A stretch of 63,669 bases of DNA, filler included, from Choristocarpus tenellus KU-1152 (Eukaryota; Protista; Phaeophyceae), in NCBI GenBank assembly GCA_964200185.2. It is 9 parts of 9 records of this genome, joined end to end, with 100 filler letters (N's around TTAATTAATTAA, not from the genome) between each part and the next. Parts side by side here need not be neighbours in the genome. Positions count along the whole stretch, not along the records: positions 21,544 to 27,385 come from CAXNAD020009620.1; positions 27,486 to 33,424 come from CAXNAD020009364.1; positions 33,525 to 47,362 come from CAXNAD020001350.1; 6 more parts are not named here. One strand, 5' to 3'. The notes beneath the pieces were generated by a model that was not told the origin of the DNA, searched no databases, and saw only the letters and a list, made by a program, of their open reading frames with translations. Position 1 is the first letter of the stretch. Each line of letters starts with the position of its first letter. Positions 25,276 through 38,850 of this stretch are shown piece after piece. Both the position numbers and the translations under genes were made by a program.

Positions 25276-26563
25276 TGCAACAACAAATGCCAACCATAAG
25301 TCAGATAAGAACCTATGGACCTACTTCATCTGGTACAGTAGTTGCCAAGTTCAATCCCTTTGCAAAACTGCCTGCGTTAATGCAATGAACATCAACAAGG
25401 GTTTCCAGATCTTGTCGAAGTGTTTTTGTGTAGGAGAGAATTAGGATACGAAAAAAATATATAGTCTGGATTTGGACATTATTTTTTATTACTCCTTTCC
25501 AAAATGAACATTTTTCAAACCAAGTTCATTGTGATGAAGATGGTACTCTAATTGGTCAGTTCAAATGTCATACTCTATTCATTTATAGATGATCTTTTGA
25601 TAAAGGGTGATTGCGAGACCTCAATTCAAACACCCCATCGCACCCCTTCCAGTCATGCAACAATAGTAGGACAAGGACCAGTTAAAAGATGTCCAAGATG
25701 ATCAAAAGAAAGAATCTGACGCTGGTTTAAAGAAGGGATGAGATGCTTCAAAGAAGCAAGATGCAGATGTTTGAGGCCACTGCTCTGACCATGTCAAGAC
25801 TTTGGAAGGTCGTAAGACACAGAAGGAGGATGTTGGTGCCATGGATCCTGGCATTGGTCGGAGATGGAAGGGGGATTCAGACCAAAACGTGCCAACATCG
25901 AAACCTTCAACATGTCCTCAAAATGATTCCATACAAAACCACACGATAGTGGGTATCCCCCCAGTCCACTTTGCGTGACAACTTGGAGAAGCTTGGGTTA
26001 ATTTCGTTCTCAACCTATCTATCTGAAGCATTTTCTTACTGGTGAGAGCAAGCTTCAATGGCTGGGGGTAGTCAATGCTCTGTGATGTGGGACCCCTGAA
26101 TAGACTATTCCACCATTTCCAAGAACTCGTCCGTGAGGATGAGAGGAAGAGAAGTGGTTTTCATGTTCAGGAAGGTCGAAATACACCTTTATGGTAGCAA
26201 GGACCATCCTTTCTTTCTGCAAGGTCCAGGACAAGGCCAAAGTGCGTATTGTGAATACTATTTTTCTACCACAATCCAAATCTAAACTATATATTTCGGT
26301 TCTGAGGAGTACTTCATCGTATTGTTCATTGGATCGGAGTACGTTAAGTGATACAATAAGTTGTATCTTCTAGTGTTGATAGTAGTAGATAGTTCTAGGA
26401 TCTACTACTACTCCTGTTGTTGTCGCTGTACTGATTTATGTATCTGTACTTCATAGAGCCAGAGGGACAAAAAAACTATACGAAGGAGCCAGTGAGATGA
26501 AGCAAGCACAACCTACCAAAACCTCAGATCAGGAAAGGTGTACTATCTGACAACGAGTCAACT

Positions 26564-27222
26564 ATGGTGCTACGCCTGTTTCTTATTGGTTTGGTTGCCC
26601 TGGTTTGCTCTAGTGTGACAGCGTTCGTCATATCACCCACGGTACGCCCCTTCAACCATATCCTCCATCGACGAAGTGCCACACCTCACACCACCCCATG
26701 GCGGTCACTTGAAAGGTGCAGTAAACCCTACCAAATTGAAGCAATTATTCTTGAACTCTGAGAAAGAAGATTCCTTTCTAAAGAAATATTAAGATGGTGT
26801 GTCTGATCCAGATTACTTTTTCTTGGTACGATGACGTATCTCCCCTGACCGTTCGCTTTCTCGGGTTCTCGCGACTGACTCGCTCTAGGCTGACAACGAT
26901 TTCCGCGAGGATGTCGGTAGGTGATCTTGACGTCATCAAGGCCGAGGAAGAGAAGATTAGAGAGGCGAAAATGACTGCAGGACAGCTGAAGGCTGAGCTG
27001 GACTCTCTTGGTGTGAATTACGTTGGGCTGTTGGAGAAGACGGAATTTGTGCGAGCTTTGGCGGAAGCAAGGGTATCTTCAAGTAGGGGCGGTGCAAGTG
27101 CTAAGACAGACGAGCCGGAAGCAAATACAGATGATTCTTCTAATGCGGTTGAGACACCTCCGACTGATGAGGGCCCCGTCAATACTCCAAAGGAGGAAGA
27201 TGCTCCTCAAAACCCAACCTAA
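26564..27222 (+). CDS. Plastid-targeted protein with a SAP-like/ARMET_C-type motif (exons 26564-26715, 26889-27222; 3' end near a contig edge may be incomplete)
   Basis: Signal peptide MVLRLFLIGLVALVCSSVTA-F followed by a Ser/Thr/Arg-rich transit peptide (ASAFAP-like); phase-2 GT-AG intron restores the frame; LKAELDSLGVNYVGLLEKTEFVRALAEAR motif. Confidence 0.75.
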
Positions 27223-27719
27223 GTCAACAGTGGGCTCTCCGAATGGATGAAGTGGTAGATGACCCTCGAAACAGAAATTGTAAAAAAAAAGGCAAGCGTA
27301 TTAACAGGGTGGCATGGGTTGAGCCATATTTGTGAAGCAGTGTATACTTGAGATTTGTATAGCTGGGATGTGGGATTCGTGCGGGNNNNNNNNNNNNNNN
27401 NNNNNNNNNNNNNNNNNNNNNNNNNNNNNTTAATTAATTAANNNNNNNNNNNNNNNNNNNNNNNNNNNNNNNNNNNNNNNNNNNNGATTGATTACTGCTA
27501 AGTGGGGCACGCAGCACCCCATAAAGTCAGAAATATTTCCCTTTATTTGAGAATTTTTCTCATATATAGTAGTACCAGTAGCTTCTCCCTCTGGGTTTCT
27601 CCCGTCATAATTTTTTATGTAGACATCGGATTTAAAAAATAAAAGGATATTCGTGGTGCCCGTCACAATGCCCTTCAGAATACGAGCTTCGTTTTTTTCC
27701 TTTTTTTCCTTTTTTTTGA

Positions 27720-28738
27720 AGAAGAGCGCTCATATTGGGGTTCGAAACCTGGATTGTAGGTCACCAAGAGTGGCAACAGATACACAATTACTTGATTAAA
27801 GTAGAGGGCTTAGACAGGAAAAAAGCCTCCCTACCCTTTCTTCCTGTGCGTTCGCTCACCCACTCTTTGACCTCGGCAAGGATGTCCTCGTCGAGGCCCA
27901 GAACGAAACGCCTCTCGTCGCGCCCTTGCACCGACACCTTGATGTGACCCTTAGTTAGGAAGTTTCTCTCCTATTTACTCACAGTTTCCGACCTGAACAT
28001 CGCCTATCCTGCTGCCATCTCGACCGCTGTTTGACAGTCTTTCCCATCGTTCATGCACTGGTGCAGGACTCGCAGTGTTAAAGCCTTTACTATCACATTT
28101 CCTCGTAGAGCGCCGGAAATAGGTTACCTTCTTTCGGTATTCAGATCCCTTGTAGCCCAACCCTAACACCTTCTTTCTCGTTTCCTAAGCAACTCTGGCT
28201 CACATAGCTTCCAAACAGCTAGGGCCTGCTGCAACTGTCGATTACTAAGATATTCTACACCCAGGTTTTTGCTTAGGCTTTTCCTGGGCGCAATGGCACG
28301 TTGTCGCACTGCTCTCCTCCCCAACCTTCCCTTCGGCCGGTCACTCTGGTTCTCCCTTCGCCTGCCGTGACCAGGCTTCCTCACAGACTTCAACATTGTA
28401 CCACACCTGGTGATGGACTCGTTGATCTCTTTCTGCTTTCCCGAGGCGGCAGAGACTGCAGAGCAGTGCTCCGACGTGGATGAAGCTCCAACCACGTTTG
28501 TGTGGTAATAGTTTCAATGCATCTTCTCTCAGTGTCAGTGTCGCGATCGTGTGGTCCATTTCACGATTCGATCATGCTGCTGCGCCACATTACTCGCACT
28601 TTCTCGTCACCTAACATCGCACTGAGTTTCACATGGTACTTGTTTTCCGGCCCCTCTCGACAGAGAAGGTGCCAAGGGGTAGATCCAGTGGGTAGAGTGG
28701 CCTCGGCGGCTCTCCTTGTCTCACCGTCGTGGTTCATG
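27720..28738 (-). pseudogene. Decayed ORF of unknown origin, possibly transposon-derived
   Basis: Protein-like stretches (MNHDGETRR...YHVKLSAMLGDEKVRVMW; GHIKVSVQGRDERRFVLGLDEDILAEVKEWV) broken by stops and frameshifts; no recognisable domain. Confidence 0.3.
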
Positions 28739-31700
28739 TTGTTGTTTAAGTCACGTGTGTGAGTGCTCACAAAATGTCTCCAAAAAAGGCGTAAAAAAGA
28801 GGAAAATCTTGGGGGGGTTTTCTGGGGTTTTTTCGGTGAGGGTCGCACCAGCCAAACTTGGCCAGCAACGTACCCTCGACCAGTTTCCTGTAAGGAGTTC
28901 AGCCAACCACTTCATTTTTTGAAGTTTTGAAGTCGTGACCTTCAAAATTGCGCCGGAGATATTCCCCCGCGTTTTTGCCATTATTTTATCGGGACATCGA
29001 AGTTCCTACATTCCTGCATACAAACCTTCAAAAGGTCTTGTCATAACCTTTCATTTGATATATATATTGTATATCTGTTGCGGCGTTCCGGTGAAAAAAA
29101 GCAGAACTGTCACAGAGGGCGAAGCTACTAGTACAAAACCAGGGGGTCATCAACGTGATAGAAAAATGGTGGGAAGAAGAGCAGGAACGGTTCTGTGAAT
29201 CAGAAGACGAATGGCTCAGATACAAACCAACCTGATTTCTACCCCAAGCCAACTAATGTCCTACGAAGCTACTGTTTACCATCTATGCATGTAACACCTA
29301 ATGCTATTTTGGAGCCACTCTGAGAAATATTGGTCCAATTTGGTTTGAAAATTCTCTCCCTAGCCTACAACACCATCCCTACCTTACTAGAACATATGTA
29401 CAAAGTCACTTGCAATCTAAGCCCCACCTAACCTACGTGGATATTGAAACACCAAATCAAAAGCAATAAATTCTATTGTATCAGGTGTGCAATGCACCTC
29501 TTCATCACGACGCCCATGCTACGTTCCCCTTCCACTCCTCCTAGTGAAGAACCTGAAACAAGTGACCCCTTGTTGTAACAATGTCACGTCCATATTTCAA
29601 TGACCCAGAGTTGGGTATCATATGGAGAAATTCAGTTTTTATGTGGGCGTAAACCATGAGTATGCCACTTTTTGGCAAGGATCCACAACACAGTTGTAGC
29701 CACAAATATCAATTGGAGTCTACGATGAGCGACTATGCATTTGAGTTTAATTGATATTAGTAGTTCATCAACATGTCTACCTCAAAGTCATGATAATACT
29801 AGAAAAATATATATTCCCTTGAACCATAATGTGCGCACCTTCTTTGCAAGGGGGCAGGCAGGTGAAAAATATTAGTCCAACTATTTAATAGGGTGCACCC
29901 CTCAAGACAGTTGTCTGGGACCCTAGAGAAGACTACTCCCAGGAATGATACTTTTATTTGGAAAACACGTCCTACGATATACTAAAGAATCATGGAATAT
30001 TATTTCCATAAATGCTGGAGCGACAGCCCTGATCTTCCCTGTGAATTCCTATAGCTCACATACACTGCAACTGAGATACAATGTACAAAGTACTGCTGAG
30101 GATATATCAACTGTATGCCATTCCAAACCTTCCAATATGCGCCTCTAGAAAATGTTGCCTGCTGCATTTCCATGATGTCGTTCTCTTGACATGATCAATG
30201 CGTAGTTGAAATAATTTATTGTATTGGATCCACATACTTTGTAAAATTCTACGAACTGCATTCATGTCCTCCAGAGTATCGATCAATCTAAACAACAACG
30301 AGACCTGTGTATTATGTTGTATTATCCTCAAAATCTGACTGGTAGAAAGCGGGTCGAACCATGAGGTGGGCCAGATAATGGCATGCTTCCAGGAGGAGGT
30401 TACTCACCTTAAAGGCAAACGGTACACGCCTATAATCTATCCCACACCAATCATTGTCGAGAGTCCTGAGGAAGGGATGCTCTGATACAAACTAGTCAAG
30501 CTATTATGAACCCAGCTTCCAACCCTCCGATGAAGAGATTATCCTATCTTTGGGATGAATACATTGGGCAGTGTAGAAAAGTAAGTGTTCCATGCAGTAA
30601 GCACATGGTATCTTGCACGTCACACCGTGTCTTCATCCTTCTGTGAGGTATATGACTCGGGAATATTCAATATCTTAGTCTCAGAATGCGAGATAAAAAT
30701 GTTCCAGTAGTCTTTGATTTCAATACTCCAATACAAATTCGTGACTACTTATTTTGCCTGCGTCAACAAATGTGTGTAGTGTTGATACTTAAGACTTTCC
30801 AATGCTAAGGGTGCGTATATCTTGGCATTCATATATGGAGGGCATGACACAAACAGCAAGACCAAAGAACTCACTTTGACTTATTATATTTCATTGTCCC
30901 TGCTGGTATGAGTAGGGACAAGTGGCTCTTCAATGTATCGGTACGCAGTACTATGTTTACGGTCCCTTGCACCATACAAAGGTCTGATCTTCATCATCGG
31001 GGGTGCTCAGTCACAAATAACTGTATGCTTTTGGCATTCATGTTATTTTGTGTGCACCGAACAGCTGAAAGTGTTTTGCCTTGTCTTGACAAATATGTGG
31101 ACGTTACATGCAGGATGATGCTCGAAATGGCCAAGTTGAGGGAGGAACACCAGCGGCACACTTCATCTCACGTAATGAAGTACAAGACATCATCCTTCAC
31201 TGAGGTCGTTCTCAGTTAATTTCGAGGAAATGGATGAGAGCATTATCTTTCGAGGGAGTGTCTCTCACAGATGGGGGAAAAGAAACACTTACAAATTGTA
31301 CTGTACAGCAGTCTAAGGGAAACACCACTGATCAATGACAAGACAGGAGTTTATTCAAGTACTCCAGACTATTTTATCATTTCTGACTCAGAGGCTGGTA
31401 GATTGCCTGAGACATCGTGAAAGCTGGATGATCAGCACCGGTCACAAGTTTCTTTAACGAGCCAGAGAGGGTGGTAGAGGGAAACCAACCACCTGTGTAA
31501 ACTTACCCTCCCCTTTGTCTTGTTTGCCTTGGAGACACTCAAGGTTGGGAAATGCCTAGAGTAAGAAAGACAACAAGAAGGTAACACACGTTCCTAACCA
31601 TGCCACATAAGTCTGCCACGTCACCATCCTGGAGTATATTTTTCGAGTATTGATCACAGCATCACAGTAGTATTCTTTCGGTGGGTTGAAGTCAAACTGA

Positions 31701-33338
31701 ATATACTTCTTTGGAATTATGGTATATATCTACATCCCCAACAGACCAAGTGTGGCAGGCTCTAGCCTCGAAGTTCTGAGTCGACTATGTCTGACTCCTG
31801 GTAAAATGGCAGTCAATAACTTTGTCCTTCCTCCCCTTCTTTCTAATTTTGTTGAGTTCGCTTATGCAAACTACCTTGACGCTGTTGCTGCCACTTGAAC
31901 AAATCCACATATCAACAAGTGTTCCGAACTCTAACCTACTGTATATACGGTACATTGTCGGAAACATTTTCCTCTCTTGGTCTATCATCGACTGTCAGCC
32001 CCCCCAAAGTGGTCTTCTTTCCACGGAGGACCGCTTCAGGGAAGTAGAGCATGAGAGAACAAAAGGTGGGATGTCAGACATGCTTAAAATATATTGTTTA
32101 TCTTACTTGAGCAGAAATTGTTGGGGTTGAGTGGACTCTCTACTGTTGGTGCAATAGGAAAAAAGTTCCCAGGTAGTAGAGGTCAACCAATGTACCCTCC
32201 CATAACATCATGTTTCTCGTTCTGATTACATAACATATTATCCGTGTCATACAATCACTGACCACGTGAAATTTTTTATCAGTCACAAGTGGTCACGTAT
32301 ACCCCAACCTCTACTAGTTTACGTGTTTCTTTGAAGTATGCTTTTCTCCAAGCGTCTAAACAATACTTACATTTGTGTTTTGAGGCCTTTTTGGCACGAG
32401 AGGGAACACATGAAGAGCGTCCAGACAGGCTCACATAACATGCAGATTTGATTGAACCCTGCGTATCAATATCCCTTCCTTTTAATCGTCAATGTCGGAG
32501 AGTTGAATCAACTCGGTTGCCACTATTATCAGAAAAAGTGTAAAGAGTGGTCCTGATTTCATACCCAGGTTCGAGCACATATTGACCTTTGTACTACATG
32601 ATAGAATAAGATTCATTGTTTACTCTATATTTTTGGATGTCAAGGAATATTTTTCAGACTTCAGTAGTAATTCGAATAATTGTTCGTCTCTGTTTTTGTA
32701 TCGAGTATCATTAAGTCCCTCCGATTTCCCTTTGGATACTATGGGAATAATACGATACCCACCAATCCTCTGAATTCAACTTCGTACATCCTGGACAAGG
32801 GGGTGTAGATAAGGACAGAAACACTCTTGCTCTGATTCAAAACTGTTACAACCCCTACGCATGGTTCTAGAGAGAATGTAGTGTAGCAACAACTTATCAT
32901 CCAGTTTGACGTAGGAAGTGGTTTCTAAAGCATGTTCCCTAATACACTATTACTTTTCACTAGCTGCTGTTAATTGTTCTCATAAGTACAAGGTTGAAGA
33001 GCTTGGTGGTGTGGTACAGCGGCATCGGTCCGAAGCGGGAGAACTTGGCGAGAGGCGAGGAGTAGGTAATTTGTATACTGATCTAAACCTTTGTCACAAC
33101 TGATATTATCTATACCTACACATCTGTGATCAATGCCTGAGGTCGAGAACACAACCTAAGCATCATGCATTCTCTAGGAGGTTCTACGTCCATGATACAC
33201 TCAAGAAATATTAAATTAGAGTAGTAGTTGTGGATACAGCTAAATAGAGCAAACTGCCAGTCTTGAGGAGGCTGTAGGGAGTCACTAGTGGACACTACCA
33301 CCTCTGGATGATAAAGACCAGGATGTTTGGAAGTTCTA

Positions 33339-33424
33339 CCTTATCCATCTGATGTATGCAACCAAATCACCCCAAAATCGCGACATGAAAAAATTGGCCC
33401 CAAATGGACAACCTCCATCCCCCC
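33339..33424 (-). mobile_element. MITE family A, partial copy at contig end
   Basis: TATGCAACCAAATCACCCCAAAATCGCGAC...CCCCAAATGGACA is the reverse complement of the family A body. Confidence 0.85.
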
Positions 33425-33524
33425 NNNNNNNNNNNNNNNNNNNNNNNNNNNNNNNNNNNNNNNNNNNNTTAATTAATTAANNNNNNNNNNNNNNNNNNNN
33501 NNNNNNNNNNNNNNNNNNNNNNNN

Positions 33525-33690
33525 ATATCCGGGAGGAGGGGGGTCTACACCAGGGTGTCCATTTGGACCAAATTAAAAAAAGTTCATTTACATTATCCAT
33601 CCAACGTATGCAACCAAATCATCCAAGAATCGCGACATGAAAAAGTTGACCCCAAATGGACAGCCGCCACCCCCCCCAGATACTTTGAGC
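33525..33690 (-). mobile_element. MITE family A copy abutting, probably nested in, a family B remnant (33691-33752)
   Basis: Reverse family A body ending AGATACTTTGAGCC, immediately followed by AAGCCAAGCCCCAA...CTACCCTCTAAGATACTTTCGCTC (family B right end). Confidence 0.88.
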
Positions 33691-34559
33691 CAAAGCCAAG
33701 CCCCAATTAGACAAACAGGGTAAAACTCCTACCCTCTAAGATACTTTCGCTCCATGTGCAAAAAAACATCAGATTCAGGGAGTGGCAGAGGTTGTTGGGC
33801 GAGTGAACCCCGTATTGACCCTAGAGGTTTGACTTCCATCAGTATACATATTGCTAATCTATTATACAAGCAGTCTGTTGACTAAAGAAGTTGTGAGGAC
33901 CGCTTAGAAATAGCATTGCCACTGCCTGTGGTGAGAAGTAGGTACGCTAGCCAGACAGGTATGCTTTTTTAAAGCTCTCTTGGATGTAATTATTCAATCA
34001 ACCAACCCTTCAACGAATATATCTGGGTAGTTGTGGGCTATTAGACTTTTTGAAGGGCTTGATTGAGTAGCAGGGAGATGGGTGATAGAAATGGATGTAA
34101 AATGGAAAAATAATGGAAAAAACTATCTAAGACTACCCAGATCGTTGGCATAGATAAAATGGGTGTTTCTCTTGCATCAGTTGCCTTGAATCCTATAGAA
34201 CAGGGTCACAGATCTCAATTTGCATGAGGCAGGTGGAATCAGTAGAATTTTCAAGGGTTAGAACTTCCATTGAAATTTTAGGTCTAGATTGTAGAATAAA
34301 TTGCCATTAGAACACTTACCCTCTGAGTGTGATCTTGCCATGCTGAATTTCTTTGACTTTGTGTTCATGGTCTTCTCCCTCCTTAGCTTGAATGAAAAAC
34401 GTAAAATAGATTAAGGTTGCCTTGAATGATAAAAACTATACCCCCCAAAATCAACAAACTCTTTGCTTTTCATCCACTGCCCAACAATCAAGGATCAATT
34501 TTTCCTCGCGAACAAGATTAAGTGTAACTCCTGCGCTTATCCATATCACCATTTCATAC

Positions 34560-37500
34560 CTTTGTGCAACACCGGTTGCATGTGGTCGAGGTAATGAATC
34601 ACGAGATGTGCACCAGCCTTGAAACTGTCCGGTTAAGTCCTGCCCCACCCGACCAGTTGCAATCCGAGCAGTCGGTACATAGGCCTGAATGAGCCTCGTG
34701 ATAGCAAGGTGGCCATGATTCGAGGCCAAGATGTATGGTGTGTGACCTTCTGAATCCGGCATGCTATCATTTATTGAAAATATCAGGAGAGGGTGCAGAT
34801 GTTGCATTATTGGATGGAGTAGTTCACACGAGAGTGTTGAGTCATGCAACAACAAGTCCCAGAGTGTCAGCAATTGCATCAAATAGTCTTTCATACCTTA
34901 CAGATAAGGCTAAGAACCTAAGCGATTTTGCAGTAATACCCTCAATCTGTTGAAATCACTCAAGGCCTCCAATAAGCATTTGAAATTCTACTGCGACACT
35001 TGAAAGTGCACTGGAGTGGTGCTTCTCCACGCATTGTGGAGTAGGGGAATCTTGGGGGTGCATGGTCTCCAATACATGAAGGTGGGGGTGGTGAGTAAGA
35101 TATACACAATGAAGTGCTTTGTAGGTGAGGATAGTGGAGGAAGGTGAATAATGGAGATAATAGTATAAATGAAGTGCACACCAAAAACAAGTCGTGTTTC
35201 ACATAGTTTTAGTAACAAAAAGGAAAAGGGTAGAGAGGGACTCACTTGGGCTCTGCTGCTGTCTCCAATAGTAGTTTGACACAAGACGTATGACCAGCGG
35301 CTGCAGCAACATGCAATGGCCTCTCCCCCCTCTCATCTACCTCTTCAATTACCACATCCCCACCTGCATCTAGGAGGCATGCCAAGACTTCACGATGTCC
35401 CCTAGCCGCAGCAACATGAAGGGACGTGGTTCTCCGACGACCAGTCAGTTTGAGATTAGCACCATGATGTAGAAGCACTTCCACAATGCCTCTGTATCCC
35501 ATGGAGGAGGCCACATGAAGTGGGGTCTCCTGATTTGGATCTTCATGATTAACGATAATTGTGTTGGCTCCACTCAGGGCTGCCACATCAAGGATCTTTT
35601 TCGCACAATCCTCCCTACCTGCAGCCACTGCTGCCTGCAATGCAGTCTGTCCAAACTTGGGATGAGGGTCATTGTGTCCTCCACGGTCAAGGCATTCCTT
35701 GACAAGATCCACAGCTCCCAGTCGACACGCCAACATCAAGGCCGTGTCTCCGGTGCCAGGCTCCATGAGATCAATTGGGCAGCCCTCATCAAACAATGCG
35801 GTTGCAGCTTTTGTCCTCCCCTGCCGTAAATATAGGAAAAGGCGCTGTCGCCATGTCTGCAAAGTTTTGTTGTCCACTTTTTTTCTCTTATCAGCCCTTG
35901 TCACCGGGTTGTTTCTCCAGTCACCAGTCCAAGAAGTACCCACTCCACCTTCTACCTGCCGACTTGAAGACACAGGTGACAATCTTCCAGCTCCTGGTCT
36001 TGACCTTGTTCTCGATTCAATGCCTGTTCCCCGTTGTTCACAACCTTCCTCTATCAATCCCCCACCCCATCTTGGTTTACCTTCATCTTCAACTGCATTG
36101 ACTGGTCGTACAACTGATGGTCGAGCTTCAACTGTCTGCTTTTCACTTCCTTGGCAATTCATTGTTGAGTTGGATAAGCTCAGGCAGCAGTTGGGGTCTA
36201 GGACAGGTGGATTGGGCTGAAACAGTCCCCTCTCGGGAGTTAGACTACACCCCAAGCCAGGTGGAACCCTCCCAGCGGTCTGTGCAACAAAATCCCCTCG
36301 TTTGATGCCTAAGGTGACACTTGCAAGCGCTGACACCCACTGCCGGGCCTCCTTCACACTTTCAGCTGCAAGGTCAAGAGTTCGATCCCCACTTATTAGA
36401 CTAAAGCAGAGTTCAGGCATAGGTAGTGTATGTGCACCCCGGAGTGCTGCCTGTTGCCAAAATGCAGGTGTTTTATGCCCATAGGTCACGTTTGTAACTT
36501 CCCACAGCTGCAGTTCTCGAGGTGGTGATTTTGTGAGGTCTCGGCCAGGGTTCAGCCAAATAAGGGTAAGAGGATAGGCTGCCTCAACCGGGTCAAGAGG
36601 TCCTAATGCAGGACCAGAGGGAGAGGTGCCAGCCTTCCCTCTAGTTGACAGGTTCCCCCTTCTCGGCCCATCCCCCAGATCTATGCTGTCATCTCTTGGC
36701 CTAATTACGAGTCGACCTCGTTTGTTGGTGAGGAGTCCCTCTAGCAGCTTGATCTGGAACCATCTGCGCCTTGGCATGCCCGCGTTATGAAACGAAATTT
36801 TCCAGAGGAACCCTCCCTCAACTACAATTCGGGGGAGGCACACTTCTATCCCTGCTCTCGGTCCCAATCCTCCCGCCTGACCCCCTTTGTTCAGCATGGA
36901 TAGGCCAATTTGTCCACCTGTCAACCACTGTGTTGTAGGTGGATCCTGTGGCATGAGATACTGAATGTGTGGGTCCGATTGGACCTTCCCTTGCTCACTA
37001 CTGTTCATTGATGGCACAATATGCTCTCCATGCTGAAACCGATCAAAACGTCCCTGCTGATTCTGTTTCTGCCAATTGTAGTGATTTTCTCCGTTTCCCT
37101 TGTCCATCGAGTATGCTGTGCTACTCCCCATGTCTGCAGGTTTATCGACCAAATCACTGTTCTTACCAATGAATCTGCTGGAAAGTTTATCGTCAGATTG
37201 AACTAGAGGGTGAGTGGAAATCAGTAGGCTATAGAGGACTAGAGTCGGGTACTTGTGAAGGGTTTATTGCAATGACCTTTCGACCAGCATGACAACGCAT
37301 ATGCAGCCAAGTTAGGAGGGGGATGCAAGGTAAACCCATACTAGTATATACATAGTTAATGGACTGTCCTCCTAGAGCACCTTGATATTTGGTGTTGCTG
37401 ACGTAGAATCTTATTCTCTTGTCTCAGTTTATCCATCTCAAGAGCGAGTCCATCCTTGCTCATTTCGCCAAGCTCAAACTGATCGCAATCTGTGTATGCA

Positions 37501-38273
37501 GGCTGTCCTGCTGCGCTATTTTTTGGTGTCTTCTGTGAAACGTCCCTTTGCCGAACATATTTTCTGCGGCGCCTACGCTCGTGATAATCAAGCTCGCCCA
37601 AAAGGTACATATTCCCCCTTGAAATGCCCACAACCGGTGTTGGACTTTCCTTACTGATCAACAAAGCTGACTCGTGTGGAGGTGAAATCGATCTCTCAGA
37701 CGCACCAGTGTCCTGTTCACAGCAATGTATTCTAGGCCCACGTTTACATTGTTTAATGTTGTTTGGGCGCCCTTCGCCCTCTCGACGTGTGGGTGCGTCT
37801 TCCGCTCTGGTCTCATCGGAGAGTTCGAATCCCGCCGAGAGTGTTTTGAGATCATCATCATAATCAGATTCACCGAACGACTTGTCGGCTTCTCCCTCAC
37901 CATAAAAGCCTGTAGATTGGCCCTGGTCGGAAGAGTTGGCACCATCATCCCCTTCAACGTCGACACCAACGCCAAGATCGTCGAAACCCGTACAATCCTG
38001 TGTTTTAACTCCTTTCACCCGTACTTTCACTCTGCCATCAGCATTTCGGTCGAACGCAAGGGAAGCCACAGCTACTGGAGGTTGAGCCGCAGGCCCCACG
38101 ACCCCTGAGGGAGCCTTGGCCGAGGAGGCAGATCTTTCTTCCAGACGAGGGTAATCACTAGACTCTACAGACGCTAAGCGATCCCTTCTTCTCTTCGGAC
38201 TCCCTCTGGGACACCTGCCGGTTCTTTTTTGACCTCCACAGGTGAGGATACCCTCTGCTGATGCTGAAGCCAT
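34560..38273 (-). CDS. PLC-type PH domain + ankyrin-repeat protein (exons ~38273-37400, ~37202-35246, 34763-34560; 3' end unresolved)
   Basis: Long ORFs of 338 and 636 aa. PH motifs GGFLWK...RRRWF...LIW...VTYGHKTPAF...LCFSLISGDRTLDLAAESVKEARQWVSAL. Ankyrin repeats GDTALMLAC, GQTALQAAV, ETPLHVAS, TSLHVAA, GERPLHVAA, GHTPYILAS. Canonical splice sites at 35246/34763. Confidence 0.88.
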
Positions 38274-38659
38274 AAACGGTTTGATCCAAACGATCTGCGT
38301 TGGGTTCAGGGCCGAATTGGCAACACCCACGTACTTCAAAGAGCAATCACAGTAGCTTTTCAAGAACACCACTTTTGTTCTGCTGACCCCTCAGACCATG
38401 GGTGTCATTTGAATGGGTGAAGACCATGGCGCATGAACGTTTCGGACGTTTCTGTGGTTTCATATGATGAGACTTACTAACTACTCCACATACTTCTCCC
38501 TCCATTCAAACAAATAGACAAAAATTGCGACATCAACATGTTTGTACCAATGTTGCAAACTGCTTCTTATGTTTTGGTTGTACTAGAAAAGAGTTATTGT
38601 GCACTCTGACATTTTACAAAGGTGTAAGAGAAAAAGTCAATTCAATATTCAGAAAGTCG

Positions 38660-38850
38660 ATTTGCGTAAGTCTGCTTTTCAATCTCTTGCAATTACTCAT
38701 TTTTCTATTGATGAAGTGCTGAAGTTGAACATAGAGGGTTGATTTCTCTATTGCTTGAAACTTTTCGACAAATTTCGAAAAATATTCCTTACGCATTTGT
38801 ATATAAAGCAGAACTTTGCACCTATTGGCCAGCGTCTATAAAATCCAACT
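38660..38850 (+). repeat. Dispersed repeat family C (inverted copy at 44080-44283)
   Basis: AGAGGGTTGATTTCTCTATTGCTTGAAACTTTTCGACA...GCATTTGTA aligns with the reverse complement of 44080-44283. Confidence 0.75.
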
